Below, in pieces: positions 31,553 through 41,718 of a DNA stretch of 64,000 nt (the first letter of the stretch is position 1; each line of letters opens with the position of its first letter). A program made the translations under genes and the position numbers. The notes beneath the pieces were generated by a model. That model was not told where the DNA came from, did not search any database, and was given only the letters and a program-made list of their open reading frames with translations. The stretch comes from Phaeosaccion multiseriatum (taxonomy: Eukaryota; Protista; Ochrophyta, other classes): positions 1,178,001-1,242,000 of the forward strand of contig OZ218957.1 in NCBI GenBank assembly GCA_965112735.1. Reading direction: 5' to 3'.

Positions 31553-34500
31553 GGGGCCTTTTTGATCCCAGCAAGGAGCCAGATTGGGCCATTTGAGCCC
31601 ATTCAAGGCCCCACTTGGCGCTGTTGCGGCACTGTAGTATCTCAGCTGGGCCTGTTGACCTGAGCATATGCTCGGTGCGGGCATGATGTGGCCAGCAAAT
31701 GCGTCGTTCTGGCTGTGTGGGCCATAAAAATCCAGCAAGGAGCCAGATTGGGCCATTTGAGCCCATCCAAGGCTTATTTACTTGGCGCTGTTGCGGCACT
31801 GTAGTATCTCAGCTGGTCCTTTTGACCTGAGCATATGCTCGGTGCGGGCATGATGCGGCCAGCAAATGCGTCGTTCGGCCTGTGTATGCCCCGCAAATGC
31901 CGGCTTGGGGCCTTTTTGATCCCAGCAAGGAGCCAGATTGGGCCATTTGAGCCCATCCAAGGCCCCACTTGGCGCTGTTGCGGCACTGTAGTATCTCAGC
32001 TGGGCATGTTGACCTGAGCATATGCTCGGTGCGGGCATGATGCGGCCAGCAAATGCGTCGTTCGGCCTGTGTATGCCCCGCAAATGCCGGCTTGGGGCCT
32101 TTTTGATCCCAGCAAGGAGCCAGATTGGGCCATTTGAGCCCATCCAAGGCCCCACTTGGCGCTGTTATGGCACTGTAGTATCTCAGCTGGGCCTATTGAC
32201 CTGAGATTCGGCTCGGTGCGGGCATGATGTGGCCAGCAAATGCGTCGTTCGGCCTGTGTATGCCCCGCAAATGCCGGCTTGGGGCCTTTTTGATCCCAGC
32301 AAGGAGCCAGATTGGGCCATTTGAGCCCATTCAAGGCCCCACTTGGCGCTGTTGCGGCACTGTAGTATCTCAGCTGGGCCTGTGGTCCTGAGCACATGCT
32401 CAGCGCGGGCATGATTCGGCCAGCAAATGCGTCGTTCGGCCTGTGTATGCCCCGCAAATGCCGGCTTGGGGTTTTTTTGATCCCAGCAAGGAGCCAGATT
32501 GGGCCATTTGAGCCCATCCAAGGCTTATTTACTTGGCGCTGTTGCGGCACTGTAGTATCTCAGCTGGTCCTTTTGACCTGAGCATATGCTCGGTGCGGGC
32601 ATGATGCGGCCAGCAAATGCGTCGTTCGGCCTGTGTGGGCCAAATAAACCCAGCAAGGAGCCAGATTGGGCCATTTGAGCCCATCCAAGGCTTATTTACT
32701 TGGCGCTGTTGCGGCACTGTAGTATCTCAGCTGGGCCTGTTGACCTGAGCATATGCTCGGTGCGGGCATGATGTGGCCAGCAAATGCGTCGTTCTGGCTG
32801 TGTGGGCCATAAAAATCCAGCAAGGAGCCAGATTGGGCCATTTGAGCCCATCCAAGGCTTATTTACTTGGCGCTGTTGCGGCACTGTAGTATCTCAGCTG
32901 TTCCTTTTGACCTGAGCATATGCTCGGTGCGGGCATGATGCGGCCAGCAAATGCGTCGTTCGGCCTGTGTATGCCCCGCAAATGCCGGCTTGGGGCCTTT
33001 TTGATCCCAGCAAGGAGCCAGATTGGGCCATTTGAGCCCATCCAAGGCCCCACTTGGCGCTGTTATGGCACTGTAGTATCTCAGCTGGGCCTATTGACCT
33101 GAGATTCGGCTCGGTGCGGGCATGATGTGGCCAGCAAATGCGTCGTTCGGCCTGTGTATGCCCCGCAAATGCCGGCTTGGGGCCTTTTTGATCCCAGCAA
33201 GGAGCCAGATTGGGCCATTTCAGCCCATTCAAGGCCCCACTTGGCGCTGTTATGGCACTGTAGTATCTCAGCTGGGCCTATTGACCTGAGCATATGCTCG
33301 GTGCGGGCATGATGCGGCCAGCAAATGCGTCGTTCGGCCTGTGTATGCCCCGCAAATGCCGGCTTGGGGCCTTTTTGATCCCAGCAAGGAGCCAGATTGG
33401 GCCATTTGAGCCCATCCAAGGCCCCACTTGGCGCTGTTGCGGCACTGTAGTATCTCAGCTGGGCCTGTGGTCCTGAGCACATGCTCAGCGCGGGCATGAT
33501 GCGGCCAGCAAATGCGTCGTTCGGCCTGTGTGGGCCAAATAAACCCAGCAAGGAGCCAGATTGGGCCATTTCAGCCCATTCAAGGCCCCACTTGGCGCTG
33601 TTGCGGCACTGTAGTATCTCAGCTGGGCCTATTGACCTGAGCATATGCTCGGTGCGGGCATGATGCGGCCAGCAAATGCGTCGTTCGGCCTGTGTATGCC
33701 CCGCAAATGCCGGCTTGGGGCCTTTTTGATCCCAGCAAGGAGCCAGATTGGGCCATTTGAGCCCATCCAAGGCCCCACTTGGCGCTGTTGCGGCACTGTA
33801 GTATCTCAGCTGGGCCTGTGGTCCTGAGCACATGCTCAGCGCGGGCATGATTCGGCCAGCAAATGCGTCGTTCTGGCTGTGTGGGCCAGAAAAATCCAGC
33901 AAGGAGCCAGATTGGGCCATTTCAGCCCATTCGAGGCCCCACTTGGCGCTGTTGCGGCACTGGAGTACCTCACGTAGCTCTGTTGACCTGAGCATATGCT
34001 CGGTGCGGGCATGATGCGGCCAGCAAATGCGTCGTTCGGCCTGTGTATGCCCCGCAAATGCCGGCTTGGGGCCTTTTTGATCCCAGCAAGGAGCCAGATT
34101 GGGCCATTTGAGCCCATTCAAGGCCCCACTTGGCGCTGTTGCGGCACTGTAGTATCTCAGCTGGGCCTGTGGTCCTGAGCACATGCTCAGCGCGGGCATG
34201 ATGCGGCCAGCAAATGCGTCGTTCGGCCTGTGTATGCCCCGCAAATGCCGGCTTGGGGCCTTTTTGATCCCAGCAAGGAGCCAGATTGGGCCATTTCAGC
34301 CGATTCAAGGCCCCACTTGGCGCTGTTGCGGCACTGTAGTATCTCAGCTGGGCCTATTGACCTGAGCATATGCTCGGTGCGGGCATGATGCGGCCAGCAA
34401 ATGCGTCGTTCGGCCTGTGTATGCCCCGCAAATGCCGGCTTGGGGCCTTTTTGATCCCAGCAAGGAGCCAGATTGGGCCATTTGAGCCCATTCAAGGCCC

Positions 34501-35234
34501 CACTTGGCGCTGTTGCGGCACTGTAGTATCTCAGCTGGGCCTGTGGTCCTGAGCACATGCTCAGCGCGGGCATGATTCGGCCAGCAAATGCGTCGTTCGG
34601 CCTGTGTATGCCCCGCAAATGCCGGCTTGGGGTTTTTTTGATCCCAGCAAGGAGCCAGATTGGGCCATTTGAGCCCATCCAAGGCCCCACTTGGCGCTGT
34701 TGCGGCACTGTAGTATCTCAGCTGGGCCTGTGGTCCTGAGCACATGCTCAGCGCGGGCATGATGCGGCCAGCAAATGCGTCGTTCTGGCTGTGTGGGCCA
34801 GAAAAATCCAGCAAGGAGCCAGATTGGGCCATTTGAGCCCATCCAAGGCCCCACTTGGCGCTGTTGGGGCACTGTAGTATCTCAGCTGGGCCTGTGGTCC
34901 TGAGCACATGCTCAGCGCGGGCATGATGCGGCCAGCAAATGCGTCGTTCGGCCTGTGTATGCCCCGCAAATGCCGGCTTGGGGCCTTTTTGATCCCAGCA
35001 AGGAGCCAGATTGGGCCATTTGAGCCCATTCAAGGCCCCACTTGGCGCTGTTATGGCACTGTAGTATCTCAGCTGGGCCTATTGACCTGAGCATATGCTC
35101 GGTGCGGGCATGATGCGGCCAGCAAATGCGTCGTTCGGCCTGTGTATGCCCCGCAAATGCCGGCTTGGGGCCTTTTTGATCCCAGCAAGGAGCCAGATTG
35201 GGCCATTTGAGCCCATCCAAGGCCCCACTTGGCG
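31553..35234 (+). repeat. Satellite block 4
   Basis: Same monomer; local variants GGCTTATTTACTT and CACGTAGCTC. Confidence 0.97.
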
Positions 35235-35661
35235 TTCGCGCGGTCGCGGCGCTCGGGCGAAGGTGGGAAGCCAGTGAGAGGCCTCCTCCCTTCAGTCGTA
35301 GGCGAGGGCCCGGGAGATGTCCGACTCCCGCTCCAAGGCGTCGCGGTATGCATGCTGAGGACTATCCACATCCACGCCGTGTTCGAGGCCAAGAGGAATA
35401 GGGCTGGACTCCCAAGTGCCCACCTGCTCCGCAGGTCCCACCTGCTCCGCAGGTGGAGAGGTCGTGGACCAGGGGTAGCTAACGTTGGGGGAAGGACTCA
35501 TCATTAGTAGGGGGGGGCAGTCCCGTGAGGGAGTCCCACCTCGGGAGCGCAGAGCGCCTCCAAGGGGGCCGCCTCCATGGAGGGAGGCGGGCACCGGGTT
35601 TCGGATGTAGTGGAGCTTGGGGTGCCACCGCAGTGAGCACCCCAAGTCCCGCTTCACCCCC
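35235..35661 (-). mobile_element. Solo B repeat of the YR family (427 bp)
   Basis: Reverse complement of ~8900-9316 with small indels; runs from the CGCGAA terminus to the B boundary CCCGCTTCACCCC. Confidence 0.88.
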
Positions 35662-37654
35662 GAAAAATCCAGCAAGGAGCCAGATTGGGCCATTTGAGCC
35701 CATCCAAGGCCCCACTTGGCGCTGTTGGGGCACTGTAGTATCTCAGCTGGGCCTGTGGTCCTGAGCACATGCTCAGCGCGGGCATGATGCGGCCAGCAAA
35801 TGCGTCGTTCGGCCTGTGTATGCCCCGCAAATGCCGGCTTGGGGCCTTTTTGATCCCAGCAAGGAGCCAGATTGGGCCATTTCAGCCCATTCAAGGCCCC
35901 ACTTGGCGCTGTTATGGCACTGTAGTATCTCAGCTGGGCCTATTGACCTGAGCATATGCTCGGTGCGGGCATGATGCGGCCAGCAAATGCGTCGTTCGGC
36001 CTGTGTATGCCCCGCAAATGCCGGCTTGGGGCCTTTTTGATCCCAGCAAGGAGCCAGATTGGGCCATTTGAGCCCATCCAAGGCCCCACTTGGCGCTGTT
36101 GCGGCACTGTAGTATCTCAGCTGGGCCTGTGGTCCTGAGCACATGCTCAGCGCGGGCATGATGCGGCCAGCAAATGCGTCGTTCTGGCTGTGTGGGCCAG
36201 AAAAATCCAGCAAGGAGCCAGATTGGGCCATTTCAGCCCATTCGAGGCCCCACTTGGCGCTGTTGCGGCACTGGAGTACCTCACGTAGCTCTGTTGACCT
36301 GAGCATATGCTCGGTGCGGGCATGATGCGGCCAGCAAATGCGTCGTTCGGCCTGTGTATGCCCCGCAAATGCCGGCTTGGGGCCTTTTTGATCCCAGCAA
36401 GGAGCCAGATTGGGCCATTTGAGCCCATCCAAGGCCCCACTTGGCGCTGTTGCGGCACTGTAGTATCTCAGCTGGGCCTGTGGTCCTGAGCACATGCTCA
36501 GCGCGGGCATGATGCGGCCAGCAAATGCGTCGTTCGGCCTGTGTATGCCCCGCAAATGCCGGCTTGGGGCCTTTTTGATCCCAGCAAGGAGCCAGATTGG
36601 GCCATTTGAGCCCATCCAAGGCCCCACTTGGCGCTGTTGCGGCACTGTAGTATCTCAGCTGGGCATGTTGACCTGAGCATATGCTCGGTGCGGGCATGAT
36701 GCGGCCAGCAAATGCGTCGTTCGGCCTGTGTATGCCCCGCAAATGCCGGCTTGGGGCCTTTTTGATCCCAGCAAGGAGCCAGATTGGGCCATTTGAGCCC
36801 ATCCAAGGCCCCACTTGGCGCTGTTATGGCACTGTAGTATCTCAGCTGGGCCTATTGACCTGAGCATATGCTCGGTGCGGGCATGATGTGGCCAGCAAAT
36901 GCGTCGTTCGGCCTGTGTATGCCCCGCAAATGCCGGCTTGGGGCCTTTTTGATCCCAGCAAGGAGCCAGATTGGGCCATTTGAGCCCATTCAAGGCCCCA
37001 CTTGGCGCTGTTGCGGCACTGTAGTATCTCAGCTGGGCCTGTGGTCCTGAGCACATGCTCAGCGCGGGCATGATTCGGCCAGCAAATGCGTCGTTCGGCC
37101 TGTGTATGCCCCGCAAATGCCGGCTTGGGGCCATTTTGATCCCAGCAAGGAGCCAGATTGGGCCATTTGAGCCCATCCAAGGCCCCACTTGGCGCTGTTG
37201 CGGCACTGTAGTATCTCAGCTGGGCCTGTGGTCCTGAGCACATGCTCAGCGCGGGCATGATGCGGCCAGCAAATGCGTCGTTCTGGCTGTGTGGGCCAGA
37301 AAAATCCAGCAAGGAGCCAGATTGGGCCATTTCAGCCCATTCGAGGCCCCACTTGGCGCTGTTGCGGCACTGGAGTACCTCACGTAGCTCTGTTGACCTG
37401 AGCATATGCTCGGTGCGGGCATGATGCGGCCAGCAAATGCGTCGTTCGGCCTGTGTATGCCCCGCAAATGCCGGCTTGGGGCCTTTTTGATCCCAGCAAG
37501 GAGCCAGATTGGGCCATTTGAGCCCATCCAAGGCCCCACTTGGCGCTGTTGCGGCACTGTAGTATCTCAGCTGGGCCTGTGGTCCTGAGCACATGCTCAG
37601 CGCGGGCATGATGCGGCCAGCAAATGCGTCGTTCGGCCTGTGTATGCCCCGCAA
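35662..37654 (+). repeat. Satellite block 5 (array end)
   Basis: The monomer stops mid-unit at TATGCCCCGCAA. Confidence 0.97.
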
Positions 37655-37732
37655 CACAGGCCGGTGGACAGGTGGCCCTCTGGGGGGGCTCTGGTTGAGA
37701 GCGTCGTTGAGAAAGGGCCTGGCTCTTGGGCC

Positions 37733-37863
37733 GGGTCTCAATAAGAGGTGCTTGAAATCTCATGATATCATGGATGGGTCTCAACTGAGAGCTAGTTGAG
37801 AGCTGTCTTGGGGTCTCAACTGAGAGCCTAACTGGGAGCCGCATTGGGTCTTAACTGAGAGCC
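37733..37863 (+). repeat. Short repeats GGGTCTCAACTGAGAGC (three copies at 35-bp spacing plus degenerate copies)
   Basis: Copies at 37776, 37811 and 37846; degenerate copy at 37733. Confidence 0.7.
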
Positions 37864-37962
37864 TCCTAGTGTCTGAACGTTGGTCTCAGTAGGAAGGTTT
37901 GGTGGTATAAGCAAGCAAGTATATTCAATGTGTGTCTCCTGTCTATGTGCACATGTGGGGGC

Positions 37963-38123
37963 GAAGCGGGGACACGGCAAGCACAGCGCAGTCAGAGTAG
38001 ACTATAGACTTATCCTATGTAGAGGAGAGTGGGTATAAAAAAAGTTATACCCACTCTTATTCTCTACATGATAAGTCTATATAGTCTACTCTGACTGCCC
38101 TGTGCTTGCCGTGTCCCCGCTTC
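37963..38123. repeat. 161-bp near-perfect palindrome (fold-back)
   Basis: GAAGCGGGGACACGGCAAGCACAG...GAGTGGGTATAA-AAAAAG-TTATACCCACTC...CTGTGCTTGCCGTGTCCCCGCTTC. Confidence 0.9.
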
Positions 38124-38414
38124 AAGTGTGTGCGTCCCCCACCCACCCGCCAGTGCACCCTCTCTCTCTCTGATGTACATGATGCATAATCTCCGCCCGC
38201 CCCCCCTAATATGTACATGTCATATACTACCCACCCGGCCGCCAGTCGCCCTCTCTCTGGTTACATCACGTGCACTTGTGCGTCCCCTCGGCCCATCACC
38301 CTCATACGTGTCATACACTATATACATATGTAAGACATGCGTGTACATACGAACATATCATGCGTACGCGCGTGCTCATGACATGTGTGTCGCCAACCCC
38401 ACCACCCCACCCTC

Positions 38415-38691
38415 TGTGTGCGTGTGTGTGTGTGTATGCGCGTGAGTGTGTGCGTGTGTGTGCATGTGTGCGTGTGTGTGTGTGTGTGCGTGAGTGTGTG
38501 CGTGTGTGTGCATGTGTGCGTGTGTGTGTGCGTGTGTGTGTGTGTGTGTGTGTGCGTGGGCGTGTTGGCGTGTGTGTGCGTGTGTGTGCGTGTGTGTGTG
38601 TGCGCGTGAGTGTGTGCGTGGGTGTGCGTGAGTGTGTGTGCGTGTGTGTGCATGTGTGTGCATGGGTGTGTGTGCGCGCGTGTGTGTGTGC

Positions 38692-38723
<32 letters not shown>

Positions 38724-38875
38724 GTGTGTGTGTGTGTGGGTGAGTGGGTGGGTGGGTGGGTGTGTGTGTGTGTGTCTGTGTGTGTGTGTGTGGCTCTGTG
38801 TGTGTGTGTGTGGCTCTGTGTGTGTGTGCGTCTGTGTGTGTGTGTGTGTGTGTGTGGCTCTGTGTGTGTGTGTGG

Positions 38876-38931
<56 letters not shown>

Positions 38932-40390
38932 CTCTGTGTGTGTGTATGTGTGTGTGTGTATGTTAGTGCATATGTGTGTCTCTCTGTTGTAGGCGTTAGT
39001 ATCCCTCTCTGTCTTTGGTTGTGTGGCTGTTTGTGTGTCTTCGCCCCCTGACAAAAAGGTTCTGCGAGTTCTGAGGCGACCCAGGTTCCAGGTTCTGATC
39101 GGCGCCAGCCGGCCAGGTTCCAGGTTCTGGGGGAAAGCCACGTAATAAGGCAATGATGAGGGCCAAGGCTGCTCTGCCAAGCCTCGCCAGCGGGCCAGTA
39201 GGTTCCAGGTTCTGGCCTGGCTGGGTCGCCTCAGAACTTTGTCAGGGGCCGAGTGTCTGTGTGTGCCTGTGTCGGTGTGTGTTATGTGTGTGCGTGTGCG
39301 TGTGTGTGTGTGCGCGCGCGTGTGTGTGCGTTAGTATCTCTCTCTGTCTTTGGTTGTGCGCGTGTGTGTCTGTGTGTGTATCTGTGTGTGCCTGTGTGTG
39401 TGCGTGTGTGTCTGTGTTCGTGTGCGTGTCTCTGTGTGTGTGCGCGCGCGCGTTACTAGTAGTGTCTCTTTTTGTCTTTGTTTGTGCGTGTGCTTGTCTC
39501 TGTGTGTGGTTGTATGTGTGTTTGTATGTGTATGTGTGTGCGTGTGTGTGTGCGTGTGCGTGTGTGCGCGTTGGTATCTCTCTTTCTGTCTTTGTTTGCG
39601 TGCGTGAGTGTGTGCGGACGTATGTCTGTATGTTTCTGTGGGTGTCGCTGTGTGTATGTGTGTCCGTGTGTGTATGTGGCTGTGTGCGTGTGCGTGTGTG
39701 TGTGTGTGCGCGCGCGCGCGTGTGCGGTATCTCTCTGTCTTTGGTTGTGCTTGTGTTTGTGTGTGTTTGTGCGTGTGTGTATGTATGTGTTCGTTAGAAT
39801 CTCTCTCTGTCTGGTTGTGCGTGTGTGCGTGTTGGTCTGTGTTTTCTTTTTTTTGTGTATACTAACTAGTATCTCTCTGTCTTTGGTTGTGCTTGTGTTT
39901 GTATGTGTATGTGCGTGTGTGTGTGTGTGTGCGTTAGAATCTCTCTCTCCGTGTCTGGTTGTGCGTGTGGGCATGTTGGTCTGTGTGTGTGCGTGTGTGT
40001 ACACGTGCGTGTGGCTGTGCATGGCTGTGTGCGTGTGTCTCTCTGTCTTTCGTTGCGCGTGTGTTTGCTTCTATGTGTGTGTGTGCGCGCGTAAGTATCT
40101 CTCTTTCTGTCTTTGGTTGTGCGTGTGTTTTTCTATGTGTGTGTATGTGTGTGTGCGTGTGTGTTTGTGTGCGTACCTCTGTGTGTATGTACGTGTGTCT
40201 CTCCCTCTGTGTGTGTTAGTATCTCTCTCTGTGTTTGGTTATGCGTGTGCTTGTCTGTGTGTATGTGGCCTGCGCACGTTAGTTCTCACTCTGTCTCTGC
40301 TTATGCGTGTGTATCTGTGTTTGTGTCTGGGAGTATGACTGTGTGTGTCCGTGTGTCTGTGTGCATATGCGTGTGTGCGTGTGTGTGTGC

Positions 40391-40422
<32 letters not shown>

Positions 40423-41404
40423 AAGTATCTCTCTCTGCTGTCTTTAATTGTGTGTGTGTGTGTGTCTGTGTGTGCCTGTGTGTGCGCGTGTGTTTGTTTG
40501 TGCGTGTGTATGTCTCTCTCTGGGTGTGTGCGTTAGTATCTCTCTCCGTCTTTGTTTTTGCGTGTGCTTGTCTCTGTGTCTCTGTGTATATATGTGCGTG
40601 TGTGTGCGCGTGTGTTTGTGTGTGCGTGAGTGCGTGTGTGTGTGTGCGTTAGTATCTCTCTCTGTCTTTGTTTGTGCGTGTGTGTCTGTGTGTGTCTGTG
40701 TTTGTGTCTGAATGTGCCTGTGTCCGTGTGTATGCACACGCGTGTGCATTAGTCTCTCTCTCTGTCTTTGGTTGTGCGTGTGTTTGTTTGTGTATGCGCG
40801 TGTGTGTGTGCATATGTGCGTTAGAATCTCTCTCTGTGTTTGGTTGTGCGTGTGTGTGTTTGTCTGTTTGTGTGCGTGTGTGTTCGGGAGAGTGTGCGTA
40901 TGTGCGTGTGCCCGTGTGTAGTTGTCTCTGTCTGTCGTTGTTTGTGCCTGTGTGTGTCTGCGCATGTGTGTGCGTATCTGTCGCTGTCATTGTTTGTGCG
41001 TGTGTTGTGTCTCTTTCTGTGTGTGTGTACGTGTGCGTTAGTCTCTCTCTTCGTCTTTGGGTGTGTGTCGTGAGTGTTTGTTTGCCTCTGTGTATGCACG
41101 TGTGTGTGTGCGGTGACTATGTGCGTATCTTCCTGTCTCTCTCTCAGTGTTTGTGTGTGACTGTGTCTCTATGTGTGTGTGCGTGTCTATGTGTGCGTGC
41201 GTGCGTGCGTGCGTGTGTGTGCATCTGCATCTGCGTGTGTTTGTCTGTGTCCTGTGTGAACGTTTGTGCGCGTGTGTCTGTGTATGTATGTGTGTGTGTG
41301 CGTGTCTGGCTTCGTGTGCGATGTGCGTGTCTGGGGGGGGGGGGGGGTGCGCGTGCGCGTGCGTGTGTTTGTTTGTGTTTGTGTGTGCGTGCGCGTGCGC
41401 GTAT

Positions 41405-41441
<37 letters not shown>

Positions 41442-41467
41442 TGCGTACATGCGTGCGTGCGTGCATG
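38415..41467 (+). repeat. TG-rich microsatellite/compound minisatellite
   Basis: (TG)n and (TGCG)n tracts punctuated every ~60-130 bp by GCGTTAGTATCTCTCTCTGTCTTTGGTTG-like cores. Confidence 0.92.
39041..39252. mobile_element. MITE-like element (212 bp) with ~30-bp TIRs and a candidate 6-bp TSD GTGTCT
   Basis: TCGCCCCCTGACAAA...AGTTCTGAGGCGACCCAG / CTGGGTCGCCTCAGAACTTTGTCAGGGGCCGA; internal AGGTTCCAGGTTCTG x3; GTGTCT on both sides. Confidence 0.72.
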
Positions 41468-41718
41468 CGGAGGAGCTATTTAAAGAATCTGAGTGGCCGC
41501 AAGGTGTGCCCCTTTCCCGCCTGTAGCGCATGCGAGGAAGCACACAACAGTCCATGCTTACGTTTCAAAAGTGATCGGTATCATCATCCCCCCCCCCACT
41601 CATGAGTGAGTTTGAAAAATTGGAGAGCTTCGTATATTTAAGCCAGCTAACTGCTCATTGCCGTGAAGCCCGGATCTGATCCATGGAATTCTTCATGCAT
41701 GCCAACCCATTGACTGGG

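Noticed and set aside
1-37654. Hundreds of 60-390 aa ORFs in the satellite (e.g. MPQQRQVGPW...)
   Set aside because: The frames rotate with the 187/164-bp period and break at every indel variant; these are artefacts of a GC-rich tandem repeat.
1-37654. CRISPR array or rDNA/5S/tRNA tandem
   Set aside because: No unique spacers, no cas genes and no recognisable structural-RNA motifs; the context is eukaryotic.
38270-41605. Cys/Val- and His/Thr-rich ORFs
   Set aside because: These are translations of (TG)n/(CA)n microsatellite.
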